From Flavobacteriales bacterium (GTDB lineage Bacteria > Bacteroidota > Bacteroidia > Flavobacteriales_F > PHOS-HE28), in contig JADKCV010000018.1 of the NCBI GenBank assembly GCA_016718655.1, positions 19,009 to 83,008 of the forward strand: a DNA stretch of 64,000 nucleotides, written 5' to 3'. The notes beneath the pieces are model-generated. The model was not told where the DNA came from. It did no database searches and saw nothing but the letters and a program-made list of their open reading frames with translations. Positions 21,301 through 30,869 of the stretch are shown one piece after another. Position numbers and translations under genes: made by a program. Numbering within the stretch: position 1 is the stretch's first letter; each line of letters begins with the position of its first letter.

Positions 21301-24300
21301 ATGCAGGGACAACCACCGGTACGATGTCCAATTGGATGGAAGCACTGTTCGTACATCCATTCGCATCGGTGTAGGTATACGTGAGCACATCGGACCCCAC
21401 GCCTGCAGGGGTGATGGATGCGTCCGGTGCGATGGGGATCCACGTGCTGGACCAATCGCCTCCGACCGGATCCCCGCCCAACTGGTACGCGATCGGCTGG
21501 TCGCATAGGGTGATGTCCCCCCCGATGTTCAACACAGGTAGTGGGTTCACCGTGGCAGTGAATTGTGCCGTACTTACACAGTTGGCGCCGTTGGTGTAGG
21601 TGTAGGTCAACACATTCCCGCCCAGGCCGGCAACCGCAGGGTCGAACTCCCACGGTGGTCCATTCACCCCGATACCGGTCCACGTCCCACCCACCGGCGT
21701 TGCGGTCAACAGTACGGGCGGAGCATCCACACAACGCTCCAGGTCAAGCGGTACGGTAAGCGCGGTCGACGGGACCACCTGTACGTTCACCTGATCACTG
21801 GTCGCACAGGTACCACTGCCATAATTGTAGGTGAGGGTGAACGTACCTGTGGATGCCGGAGTATAGGAACCGCCTGGACCCGCTCCTACCCAAGTGCCAC
21901 CCGGCGGTGCCTCGAACAAGTCGACAGGTACTGCACCTTGGCACAAGATGGTGTCAGTGCCTGCATCGGCGAACTCCGGTACGGATTGGACCGTTACCGG
22001 AAGCGTGGCCGTGCTCTGACATCCATTGCCATTGACATACGTGTAGGTCAGGACCACCACGCCCAAGTCACCCGGCACAGGAGTGAACACACCGGTGGCC
22101 GTTACGTTTGGACCGCTCCAAGCCCCCCCCGCAGGAGATGCCCCTTGAAGCGCGACGGGTATCGATTGGTCACAGAACGTGGGAGGAACGCCCGGATCGA
22201 GCGGTGTGGGTTGATAGACCGTTACCGTCACCGTGGCCGAACCAGGGCAGCCTCCCACGTTGCCTGATACCGTGTAGGTGGTGGTGACCGCAGGACTCGT
22301 GGTGAAGTTGGGACCCGATCCTACGAGTGTGGCACCGATGAACCATTGGTAATTCCCTGCTCCGTTCGCGGTGAATGTGGTGCTCTGACCATTGCACACC
22401 GCAGCACTGGATGGCGTTACGGTCACCAAGGGAGCGGGCGTTACAACGACGGTGACCGATGCTGGTGCGCTCTCGCATCCGTTGCTCACCGCCACCACCG
22501 TGTATGTCCCGGCGTTCGATGCGGAAGCACCGGGTATGGTGTGCGCAGCGGTATTGGCGATGATGGTGCCTGATGGATCGCGCCAGATGTAATTCACGCC
22601 TGGCGCACCCATGGCGGTGAGTGAGATCGTTTGGCCTTGGCAGACCGGACTGTTGCTCGATACGGTCGGGACGGTCGGAGCTGTGCCGATCGCCAAGTTG
22701 GCGTTGGAGGTGGCGCTGCCGCAGGCATTGGTGGCGGTCAACGAGACCGTAGGTGAACCGGCATTGGCGAAACAAATGGCGCCGGGTACCTGGTTCCCCG
22801 AAGATGCCGGCGCCCCTCCCGGAAAGGTCCATAACAAGGTGACCGGCGCACCACAGTCCTGCACCGAGGCGGTTGGGGACACACATTGGCCTGCACAGAT
22901 GCCAGAGAGCGGGGACACGGACACCTGTGGTGCCGCGTTCACGGTCACCACTTGGCTGATCGGCGGCACATTGCAACTGTTGATGGCGCGCAATTGGACG
23001 GTGTAGGTGCCGGGCTGATCGAACAGGAACGCGGGCTGGGATGCCGTGGACGAACTCGATGACGCGGGCCCGGTGGCACATGCGGCCGCGGAACCGCTCA
23101 TCGTCCACAAGTAGGTGGTGAGGCAGCTGTTGGGGCTTGTCGTACTGTTGATCGAGGTGGCGTTCAGCGGAACACAACCGGTGGTCGCACTTAGCGTGAA
23201 GGCGGGTATGGGTGGCTCTTCGATACAGATGGTGCGCGACAAGGTGTCTCCACCACAGGCATTCCCCGCGACGATGGATATCGTGTAGGTCCCGGCCTGA
23301 GCGAAATTCACACCCAGAACGGAACTGCCCGTGCTCCAAGAGCCGGGATCGTAGTTGCCGATTCCGAACCCATTGTCGTTGCCGAGCGTCCCGCTCACTG
23401 CGGACCAACCTGTGGCCGGTGTGATGCTCCACAGCAGTGCCGGGGTCACATCACAGCTATTGCCCAACACCTCATTGCCGGTGCTCGTACTGCTGAAGGT
23501 GATGGTACTGGCCACACAAGCCGTGTCGTTCGGGGAGATGGTGAAGTCGGCCTGTCCTGCAAGGCTCACCACGATGGGAAGGATGGTGCTTCCGCTGGTA
23601 CCGCAGGGGTTCTCCACCAGCATGTTGGCCGAGAAGCTGTTCTGGTAGGTGTTCACACCGTCGGTGCTGGTTGTGCCGCAACTGCCCACTGAAAAGGTGT
23701 GGGTGATCGACCCGGGTGGTGGGTGTGTGTAGATGACCGGCGCGGTCCCATCATTGAAGTTGATGGTGTAGATGGTTCCCGGCGTGTTGGTGTTCCAGCC
23801 TACGATGGGGAAGGTGAGTGTGATGGGGCCACACCCAGTGGTACTACCCGGGTTCACCAGGGCGCCAGCAGGGTTGGTCCCGACGAAAACGCGATACACC
23901 CGTGTGTCGTTGCAGCCGTTGGTCTGTGTCAGTGTGTAGTTGATCGTATGGATCCCTTGTGGGTAGGTATGGGACTGGCTCGGCCAACCTGGACCGGAGA
24001 ACACATCGACCGGTGTGCCATCACCCCAATTGATGGTATGGGTACTACCCGGTTGGGCCGCCCCCCCGAAGTCGAAAGCGAACAATGCCGTGGCATTGGG
24101 CGTGCACCGATAGAAGGTGGGAGATCCATTGAACACCGTGTATGCCGCGTTCGAACTGGTGATGGTGGCATCGGCATCAGGGAGCATCGTCAGGCTCACC
24201 ACATCCGAGGCCACACACCCATTGGCACCGGTCACGGTAAGGGTATAGGTGATGTCACTGTTCGCGGTGCAGACGGGATCGGCGATGTTCGGGTCGCTCA

Positions 24301-24505
24301 AGCCTGTAGCAGGAGTCCAGACCATATCGTACGGGGCTTGCCCTCCACCAGCAGATCCGCTCAACGTGAACGGACCACCGGCACAGATCGTATAGGTGGC
24401 CGCGCCAGCATTGGCGGTGCATTGGGCACGTGCATCGATGGTCATCCCCATCACCGATACCCCCAGCAAGAAGGTCAGAAGATCCCTATCGGTCCACATG
24501 GGCAC
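18389..24505 (-). CDS. Giant PKD/Ig-like repeat surface protein with a T9SS type-B CTD
   Basis: 2038 aa; many WDFGDG/WDLGDG PKD motifs and C...GC repeat units; CTD FAPNAFTPNTDGRND...FDRWG...GWDG...GHVSLID. The exact start is uncertain. Confidence 0.9.
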   Translation of the reverse strand: MPMWTDRDLLTFLLGVSVMGMTIDARAQCTANAGAATYTICAGGPFTLSGSAGGGQAPYDMVWTPATGLSDPNIADPVCTANSDITYTLTVTGANGCVASDVVSLTMLPDADATITSSNAAYTVFNGSPTFYRCTPNATALFAFDFGGAAQPGSTHTINWGDGTPVDVFSGPGWPSQSHTYPQGIHTINYTLTQTNGCNDTRVYRVFVGTNPAGALVNPGSTTGCGPITLTFPIVGWNTNTPGTIYTINFNDGTAPVIYTHPPPGSITHTFSVGSCGTTSTDGVNTYQNSFSANMLVENPCGTSGSTILPIVVSLAGQADFTISPNDTACVASTITFSSTSTGNEVLGNSCDVTPALLWSITPATGWSAVSGTLGNDNGFGIGNYDPGSWSTGSSVLGVNFAQAGTYTISIVAGNACGGDTLSRTICIEEPPIPAFTLSATTGCVPLNATSINSTTSPNSCLTTYLWTMSGSAAACATGPASSSSSTASQPAFLFDQPGTYTVQLRAINSCNVPPISQVVTVNAAPQVSVSPLSGICAGQCVSPTASVQDCGAPVTLLWTFPGGAPASSGNQVPGAICFANAGSPTVSLTATNACGSATSNANLAIGTAPTVPTVSSNSPVCQGQTISLTAMGAPGVNYIWRDPSGTIIANTAAHTIPGASASNAGTYTVVAVSNGCESAPASVTVVVTPAPLVTVTPSSAAVCNGQSTTFTANGAGNYQWFIGATLVGSGPNFTTSPAVTTTYTVSGNVGGCPGSATVTVTVYQPTPLDPGVPPTFCDQSIPVALQGASPAGGAWSGPNVTATGVFTPVPGDLGVVVLTYTYVNGNGCQSTATLPVTVQSVPEFADAGTDTILCQGAVPVDLFEAPPGGTWVGAGPGGSYTPASTGTFTLTYNYGSGTCATSDQVNVQVVPSTALTVPLDLERCVDAPPVLLTATPVGGTWTGIGVNGPPWEFDPAVAGLGGNVLTYTYTNGANCVSTAQFTATVNPLPVLNIGGDITLCDQPIAYQLGGDPVGGDWSSTWIPIAPDASITPAGVGSDVLTYTYTDANGCTNSASIQLDIVPVVVPAFAGNDTSVCVNSGDVALTGTPVGGTWTGAQVALDGTFDTSLPGTYTVTYSVGSGTCLLIDQVTIAVEALPSITTGGDLDVCLDGGMQPLSATPAGGIWSGVGVDAVTDSFDPLVAGLGVHNISYAYTDPITGCANSAGVTASVNMVPVASFTHGPVACSGVPMSFTNTSSGASSSEWDLGDGTTLNTSDAVHSYLNTGTFTVRLVVGTGAGCTDTIYSTIAVHDVPVADAVLDVEVGCGPLEVTFGQASVGDGLTYAWDMGGLGASLDTIPAPFIFPVDPMDAVVYPVSLTVTNTCGSDTEVVPVTVLPAPTASFGPNVNLHCAYADVPFGNASYGLPDGFQWDFGDGTTSTSSDPAVIHVYAVDEPVTTFFTVTLIATNSCGSDTAQQVIGVVPNEVTAFFNTDPVVGCGPLTVDLTNFSAGDTALYWDLGDGNGSIAEDLSHTFVDAGTYSITLSAFGCGFDTYTTEITVLPYPEVSFTAAPLEVCAGEEIAFANTTSGTNGLLWAFGDGASSTLSAPVHAYGSSGSYTVVLTATDALSGCPASESMQVVVNATPVAAFTADPDNGCIALEVQFQNNSTNAQFHQWDLGDGNTSGAFAPVHTYTDAGTYVVTLVAENLNGCTDTLSIPVVAHPLPTSAFSLSQEESCYVPVTIQTSNTTTGAVSYTWSFGEGTTSILNQPSITYDAVGTYVIGLTATNQYGCEDQHFEAFTVHPTPVAVFTADPIPGCVGYPIAFANLSVNADSYRWNFGDGEQSTVPAPLHVYDQPGDYTVSLIANASTTCSDTLVLIDGVVVNPTPVAAFTSDTLVSVLNAVRFSNLSTGAVSYVWDFNDGTTDMEADPIHVFPADGGTYAVTLIAINAFGCPDTVRTFVGVAADPLIFAPNAFTPNTDGRNDDFLPVLNGFVGWNFTLLVFDRWGKVVFQSNDRDAGWDGRVNGREPVIDTYVWKVLLERDGDARDFVGHVSLID

Positions 24506-24648
24506 ATCGCATCGGGTCGAAAGTAGGCCGTTGATCCAAGCACCGTCGCTCCTCCGCGGCCGGGATATCCACGCCCCCGATGTTCATGAACTCCCTTCAA
24601 GGGACGTGCCGTGCTCGTTGTTCGTTGCTTGCCGGATCCGGGAACGAC

Positions 24649-25311
24649 CTACCCTACCGATCGCGGATGCCCCAGAACTTCCATCACTTTATGGGCTACT
24701 TCCTGGGCTTGGGCATAGACCATGAAATGACCACCCCCTTTCACTGTAACGGCATCCTTGATGGAGGACAGGGGCATCAGGTGGTCCTTATCTCCGTGGA
24801 TGTGCGTCAGGGGCCCCACTGGTGCCTGAGGTCCTTGCCATTCCAAGCATGCCGCGATCTGGATACGGAGTTGCTCCAGCGGATGAAGTTCCATGAAGCG
24901 GTCGAGCAATTCCACTTCCTCGGGCTTTTCCACCCCCATTTGCCAGCGCATTATGGGCATGGAACGCTTCATGAACGTCTTGTTCAACACCCGTTCAGGA
25001 TGGGTGCCGCGCAGAAGCTTCAGGTGCGGTGGCATTTCGTGCGCCCCCTTCCAGCTCGAAATGATGATCACCTGCTGTGGATGAGTGATGCTGGCCAACT
25101 CCTGGGCCACCATGCCGCCCATGCTCACCCCCAGCAACGCGTGTGGACGGGTCGCGTCCACTTGCCCCGCCAAGGCACGCGCGAAGTCGGATAGCGTGCT
25201 TCCTGGCGGCATTTCTGGCCAATCCAACTTCACCATCCGGTGACCTGGCAACTGCAACCGATCGAACAAGCGATGGTCGGCGCCCAAGCCCGGGATCAGG
25301 TACACGTCCAT
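24649..25311 (-). CDS. Alpha/beta hydrolase
   Basis: MDVYLIPGLGAD; nucleophile GVSMGG; IHGDKD; GGGHF. Confidence 0.88.
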   Translation of the reverse strand: MDVYLIPGLGADHRLFDRLQLPGHRMVKLDWPEMPPGSTLSDFARALAGQVDATRPHALLGVSMGGMVAQELASITHPQQVIIISSWKGAHEMPPHLKLLRGTHPERVLNKTFMKRSMPIMRWQMGVEKPEEVELLDRFMELHPLEQLRIQIAACLEWQGPQAPVGPLTHIHGDKDHLMPLSSIKDAVTVKGGGHFMVYAQAQEVAHKVMEVLGHPRSVG

Positions 25312-25355
25312 GGTACAAAGGTCCGAAGCAGGACCACGCCACGGAAGTGGGACCC

Positions 25356-26897
25356 TCACTCCACCTCCACCACCCGCACGAAGTCCAGCGCCGCTTCCAT
25401 GGGTGTGTGCATCAACACATCGCGTTGCACGAAGGGCACCCGCTCGCGGAAGGCCGTGACGAAGGACTCGAGCAGCGCGGAACTGTGCAACGGGCGACGG
25501 AACTCCAAGGCTTGTGCGGCGGTGAAGAGCTCGATGGCGAGGATGCGCTCCACGTCGTGGACCACCTGCCAGGTCTTGATGGCGGCAGCGGCACCCATGC
25601 TCACATGGTCCTCCTGACCATTGCTGCTGTCGATGGTATCCACACTGTTGGGCATGCAGCGCTGCTTGTTGGCGCTCACCAGCGAGGCCGCCGTGTACTG
25701 CGGGATCATGAAGCCGCTGTTGAGGCCGGGTTCGGCCACCAGGAAGGCGGGCAAGCCGCGCTGGCCGCCGATGAGCTTGTAGGTGCGCCGTTCACTGATG
25801 CTGCCCAACTCGGCCACCGCGATGGCCAGGAAGTCCAGGGCCAAAGCCAGCGGCTGTCCATGGAAGTTGCCTGCGCTGATCACCAGGTCCTCGTCATCGA
25901 ACACCGTAGGGTTGTCCGTCACCGATTCCAATTCGCGCTCCACCACCCGCTCCACATAGGCGATGGCATCGCGTGATGCACCATGTACCTGGGGGATGCA
26001 GCGGAACGAATAGGGGTCCTGAACGTGTTCCTTCCTCCGCTTGATCAGCGCGCTGCCCTTGAGCAGTTCGCGGAAATGCCCAGCCACCACGGCCTGCCCC
26101 GGATGTGGGCGCACGGCGTGTACCGAGGGATGGAAGGGTTCGATCCGCCCGTCATAAGCATCGAGCGAAACGGCACCGATGATATCCGCGAGCTTGGCCA
26201 GCCGCGTGGCCTTCAGGGCCAACAGCGCAGCATAGGCGTTCATGAACTGGGTGCCATTGAGCAGCGCCAGTCCTTCCTTGGGACCGAGCTCAAGCGGCTT
26301 CCATCCCAGCTTTTTCAAGGCTTGCGAGCTGGTCATGCGCTTGCCGGCCAGCACCACTTCACCAAGACCAAGTATGGGCAGCGTCAAATGGGCCAAGGGC
26401 GCCAGGTCCCCGGAGGCACCCAGTGAGCCACGCTCGTAGACCACCGGGAGCATGTCCGCATTGTACATGTCCACCATGCGCTGTACCGTGGGTAGGGCCA
26501 CCGCGCTGTGTCCGAAGGCCATGTTCTGCACCTTCAGCACCAGCATGGCCCGCACGATCTCGGCTGTAACAGGGTCACCGCTGCCGCATGCATGGCTCAT
26601 CACCAGGTTGGTCTGAAGCTGGGCGAGGTCCTTCTTCGCGATGGAGGTGTTGTACAGGGATCCGAAGCCGGTGTTCACACCGTAGATGGGTGCATCGCTC
26701 TGCTTCAGGCGATCGGTCAAGTAGGCGTGGCTGCGCTTCACCGCGGTTATCGCTTCCGGTGCAAGGGCGAGGGGTGTGCGGCTGCTGAGGAGGTGGGCCA
26801 ACTCAGCGAGTTCAAGGCCGACGGTTCCGATGGGGTGTGTCGGGGAGGGAAATTTCCCGCCCTTGTTCAAGGCCTTGCTGCGCTTAGTGGATGCCAT
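25356..26897 (-). CDS. hutH: Histidine ammonia-lyase
   Basis: YGVNTGFG, MIO-forming GASGDLAPL, KEGLALLNGT, QDPYSFRC, SAGNFHGQPLA, QEDHVSMG. Confidence 0.95.
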   Translation of the reverse strand: MASTKRSKALNKGGKFPSPTHPIGTVGLELAELAHLLSSRTPLALAPEAITAVKRSHAYLTDRLKQSDAPIYGVNTGFGSLYNTSIAKKDLAQLQTNLVMSHACGSGDPVTAEIVRAMLVLKVQNMAFGHSAVALPTVQRMVDMYNADMLPVVYERGSLGASGDLAPLAHLTLPILGLGEVVLAGKRMTSSQALKKLGWKPLELGPKEGLALLNGTQFMNAYAALLALKATRLAKLADIIGAVSLDAYDGRIEPFHPSVHAVRPHPGQAVVAGHFRELLKGSALIKRRKEHVQDPYSFRCIPQVHGASRDAIAYVERVVERELESVTDNPTVFDDEDLVISAGNFHGQPLALALDFLAIAVAELGSISERRTYKLIGGQRGLPAFLVAEPGLNSGFMIPQYTAASLVSANKQRCMPNSVDTIDSSNGQEDHVSMGAAAAIKTWQVVHDVERILAIELFTAAQALEFRRPLHSSALLESFVTAFRERVPFVQRDVLMHTPMEAALDFVRVVEVE

Positions 26898-28217
26898 GGA
26901 TGAGTTCGTCTTGTTTGATCGCCTTCTGTTCACCTGTCCGCATGTCCTTCACTGTCACGATGCCCTGCTTCAGCTCGTTCTCGCCGATGATCGCCACGTA
27001 GGGGATGCCCTTGTCGTCCGCGTACTTGAACTGTTTGGCCATCTTCACTTGGTCAGGATAGAGCTCGGCAGCGATGCCCGCTTCGCGCACCTGGCGCAGC
27101 AGTTTCAGGCAATGCATGGCCTCCGCTTCCCCGAAATTGGCGAAGAGCAACTTGGTGCTTCCACCGAGCTCCGCTGGGAACTTGTTCGTCTCCAACAGAA
27201 CATCGTAGATGCGGTCCGCTCCGAAGCTGATGCCCACACCACTCATATTCTTCAGACCGAAGATGCCGGTGAGATCATCATACCGGCCACCTCCACAGAT
27301 ACTGCTCTGTAACGTGCCTACGCGTGCTTTCACTTCGAAGATGGCACCGGTGTAGTAGTCGAGACCGCGGGCCAGGTCGGGTCGAATTCACTAGTGCGCA
27401 CTTCAACGCTACCCACCACGTCGAAGGTGAAGGATAGGTCCTTCAGGCCTTGTTGCGCGGTTGAATGAAGACCAACCACTTCTCCAACACCGGGCGTTGG
27501 TCGCTCCAGGTTCCTTTCAGATCGAACAAGGGAGCAATGCCTTTGATCGCATTCTCCGAAACGCCCTTCGTGCGCATCTCCTCCTCCACTTTCTCGCGCC
27601 CGATCTTGTCCAGCTTATCGATCGCCGTTACGATGTCGACCACCTTGTCCGGCTGCCCGCACACTTCGGCTATGCCACTCAGCACCTTACGGTCGTTGAT
27701 CTTCACCACCACCTGAAGTCCGAGCGCGGTGAAGACATCATCAAAGAGCTGAACGAGTTCCACTTCACTGAACAAGCTCGTGCTGCCGATCACATCCGCA
27801 TCGCACTGGTAGAACTCGCGATACCTCCCTTTCTGCGGACGATCCGCGCGCCACACCGGCTGGATCTGATAGCGCTTGAAGGGAAAAGCGATCTCGTTCT
27901 GATGCTGAACGACATAACGCGCGAAGGGAACAGTGAGGTCATAACGAAGGGCTTCACTCCGCAAAACCCTTACTGAGGTCCTCCAAGGCACGGTCGAGTT
28001 CGGCACCGCGCTTCAGCACCTTGAAGATCAACCGATCCCCCTCCTCGCCATACTTGCCGGTCAGCGTGTCCAAGTTCTCCATGGCCGGTGTTTCCAGCGG
28101 CAGGAAGCCGTACTTCTGGAACACCTGTTCGATGGTGCTGAAGATGTACTTGCGGCGCAGCATCTCCACCGGGGAGAAATCGCGGGTGCCTTTGGGGATG
28201 GAGGGCTTCTGTGCCAT
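26884..28217 (-). CDS. hisS: Histidine--tRNA ligase; three apparent frameshifts (~27958, ~27470, ~27374)
   Basis: Segments in different frames: PKGTRDF...[14 protein letters not shown]; [13 protein letters not shown]...[22 protein letters not shown]; [10 protein letters not shown]; GGGRYDDL...GISFGADRI; anticodon domain KQFKYAD...KDMRTGEQ. Confidence 0.93.
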
Positions 28218-28241
28218 GGGCCGCGAAAGTACGGGACGCGT

Positions 28242-29285
28242 TCAGGACGAGGCGCCCAATTGCGCGTGCACCAACGGGCCCACCTGGGTGCCGTACAATT
28301 CGATGCTCCGCATCATCTTCTCATGCGGCAAGGTCCCAGCGCTGTACTTCAGATCGAAGCGGGCCAGACCCAAGGCCTTTGCGGCGCGCACGATCTTGGC
28401 AGCCACGGTCGCGGGTGCACCCACACACAACGCACCACTGGGACCGGCCATCTGCTCGAAGGCTTGTCGGGTCAATGGCGGCCATCCGCGCTCCTTCCCG
28501 ATCCGCCCATGCATGGCCTGGAAATGGGGCCAGAGGTCCTCCTTGGCCTGTTCATCGGTTTCCGCCACGTACCCAGGCGAATGCACGCCAATGGGAAGCA
28601 TCGCTCGACCGGCTGCCCCCAAGGCCCGCTTGTAGAGGTCCACGAAGGGTACGAAAGCCAGGTGATCACCGCCGATGACCGCCAACATCAGGGGAAGACC
28701 GTATTGCGCGGCCCGCACCACACTTTGCGGAGTGCCACCCACGGCCACCCAGGTGCGCAAGTGCCCGCTTTCGGTGGGCGGATAGACCCGTTGGTCTTTC
28801 AAGCCTGCGCGGGTTCCACCGCTCCATGTGGTGGGGCCTTCCTTCAACAATTCAACGAAGAGGTCCAGGCGTTCCTCGAAGAGTTGCTCATACTGTTCCA
28901 GCTTGAAGCCGAAGAGCGGGAATGACTCGGTGAACGAGCCCCGACCGATGATCACCTCCGCACGGCCGTTGGACAGCGCATCCAGTGTGGAGAAACGCTG
29001 GAAGACCCGCACGGGATCATCGGAACTGAGCACGGTGACGGCGCTACCCAAGCGGATCTGCTTCGTCCGCGTGGCGATGGCTGCCAGCACCACTTCCGGC
29101 GCGGAAACGGCGAAGTCGTCGCGGTGGTGTTCGCCCACCCCGAAGAAGCTGAGGCCCACCTGATCCGCGAGTTCGGCTTCGGCCACGAGGTTGCGGAGCA
29201 CTTGGGCGTGGTGGAGCGGCTTGCCGGATGCATCCACCGTGACATCACCGAAAGTGTCGAGGCCGAGTTCGAGGGATGGGGACAT
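28242..29285 (-). CDS. LLM class flavin-dependent oxidoreductase (luciferase-like)
   Basis: GLDTFGD, GVGEHHR, LGSAVTVLSSDDPVRV, GRGSFTESFPLFG, VGGTPQS. Confidence 0.92.
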   Translation of the reverse strand: MSPSLELGLDTFGDVTVDASGKPLHHAQVLRNLVAEAELADQVGLSFFGVGEHHRDDFAVSAPEVVLAAIATRTKQIRLGSAVTVLSSDDPVRVFQRFSTLDALSNGRAEVIIGRGSFTESFPLFGFKLEQYEQLFEERLDLFVELLKEGPTTWSGGTRAGLKDQRVYPPTESGHLRTWVAVGGTPQSVVRAAQYGLPLMLAVIGGDHLAFVPFVDLYKRALGAAGRAMLPIGVHSPGYVAETDEQAKEDLWPHFQAMHGRIGKERGWPPLTRQAFEQMAGPSGALCVGAPATVAAKIVRAAKALGLARFDLKYSAGTLPHEKMMRSIELYGTQVGPLVHAQLGASS

Positions 29286-29570
29286 GAGCAGCAGTTGAAG
29301 GCGCGAAGCTACCCTCTCCTGGACGCCATGCCTTGGATCATACCCCTTGAAAACAGTGGGACCGCCCAGGCTAAGCCCAAGGGCGGTCCACCGTCCAGAA
29401 CGTATCCACCTTGCGGCGGACCTTCGCTCGGCACAAGGATAGGACCTGATGGGGGCTCCAGGCACCGGAACAGTCCCCCTTCCGCGTCCGTTCTATACAG
29501 GTCCGGCGATGTGACCCACTACCTTTCGGAACGCTTTTCGCTTGAACCCGTGCAACTAGACCCGCACCCT

Positions 29571-30320
29571 ATGCCAGCCTTTGTAATGCGTCTCCGATCC
29601 GTGCTGGTGGCAATGACGATCGTGATCATGATCCCGGTCACCGCCCAGTCCCTCACGTATGGCGAATGGCAGGCGCGTTCGGCAAAGGATGCACGCCTTC
29701 TGCCCGGGTTCAAGGGACATCAGTTGACACCGGCACAGAAGGCCAGTAACCTGGAATTGGTGCGAAAGGTGTTGGAGGTGGGGACCGACCGACGGACCTC
29801 ATCGGATCATTTGGTCGGACTTGGACGCCAGCACTTGGTGGAGGGCGATCTGGTAAGTGCCATGTACCGGTTCAACCACGCCTGGTTGGTGGACAGTACG
29901 AACGCGTCGGGTTATCACGGCTTCGGGCTCTTCTTCCTGGCCATGGACAGAAAGACGCAGGCTGTAACGCAATTCGCTTTGGGATTGGAACGCGACAGCA
30001 CCCACGTGCCGCTGCTCCGTGACATGGCGAGCACCCTTCTTGCCGGGCAATATGAGTTGCGTTCCGAAAAGCCCGAAAAAGCGGATACCATGACCGGGAC
30101 GGCGGTCGCCCTCTTGAAGCGGGCACATGCACGAGCACCGGAGGACGCTGCGGTACTGATGAAGTTGACCGTGTGCCACGCCATACTCAGGGAATGCGAG
30201 GGCGCCCGAGCGTGGATGGCACTGTACGTGGCCTCAGGAGACAAGACCGACCTGTTGGCCACCAAGGCCTTGATGGACCGGGAATGTCCCCTGCTTGAGG
30301 CGCCAGGTATGGCTCGATAG
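29571..30320 (+). CDS. Secreted TPR protein (paralogue A)
   Basis: Signal peptide; QSLTYGEWQ...RLLP; SAMYRFNHAWLVDSTN; helical repeats. Confidence 0.75.
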   Translation: MPAFVMRLRSVLVAMTIVIMIPVTAQSLTYGEWQARSAKDARLLPGFKGHQLTPAQKASNLELVRKVLEVGTDRRTSSDHLVGLGRQHLVEGDLVSAMYRFNHAWLVDSTNASGYHGFGLFFLAMDRKTQAVTQFALGLERDSTHVPLLRDMASTLLAGQYELRSEKPEKADTMTGTAVALLKRAHARAPEDAAVLMKLTVCHAILRECEGARAWMALYVASGDKTDLLATKALMDRECPLLEAPGMAR

Positions 30321-30379
30321 ACCATGGTCCATGGTCATCCGGCCCGGAAGTGCGACCTTCGCGGTCCGAAACCGGGACC

Positions 30380-30823
30380 ATGAAGAAGATCATCGACAGT
30401 CGTAGACTGCTGGGGGCCACCGCGAAGAGCGACCTGAACGAGCTCTCCAAGCTGTACAAGACGTTGATGAAGACCCATCACCCCGACCGGTTCACCGACG
30501 AAGCGGAGCGCCTGAACGCAGAGGAGACGAGCAAGCACGTGATCGAAGCCTATCATTTCCTGGTGAGCATCTCCACGGAGACCCATGCCAAGAACGAGGA
30601 GGAGTATGAGCGCACGATCAGCACCTCCCCCATCAAGGACTGGCACTACAAGGCGCAGACCCTGCATGTGACCTTCGGCGATGGTAGCATCCATGAGTAC
30701 TTCAGCGTACCGAGCAACGTGTACAACAAGTTCATCAATACGGACGCGAACCCGCGATTCGCTCGTCGACACATATTCAACAGCTTCACCCGCCGACGCA
30801 TCAGTGGTCCCACTGCCGCTTGA
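30380..30823 (+). CDS. J-domain (HPD) + KTSC domain protein
   Basis: LYKTLMKTHHPDRF (J-domain HPD); C-terminal WHY..QTLHVTFGDGSIHEYFSVPSNVYNKF (KTSC-like). Confidence 0.85.
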   Translation: MKKIIDSRRLLGATAKSDLNELSKLYKTLMKTHHPDRFTDEAERLNAEETSKHVIEAYHFLVSISTETHAKNEEEYERTISTSPIKDWHYKAQTLHVTFGDGSIHEYFSVPSNVYNKFINTDANPRFARRHIFNSFTRRRISGPTAA

Positions 30824-30869
30824 TCTTCCGGCATCATCCTTGCCTGCACCCGCGCAAACACCGCTGACG

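Noticed and set aside
26884-28217. hisS as a pseudogene or a programmed-frameshift gene
   Set aside because: Three independent single-base shifts with otherwise conserved sequence in an essential gene, matching the window-wide indel pattern. No slippery heptamer with a stimulatory structure was seen.
29359-29389. 9-bp hairpin GGACCGCCC/GGGCGGTCC as a REP-like element
   Set aside because: Only one copy seen in the window, between divergent genes; not enough support for a function.
29124-29570. Long N-terminal extensions in the ORF track (also 5379, 15495, 30681, 40025, 43154, 61525)
   Set aside because: Signal peptides, family N-termini and -7 promoter boxes point to downstream ATGs, and several extensions overlap neighbouring genes or the SRP RNA.
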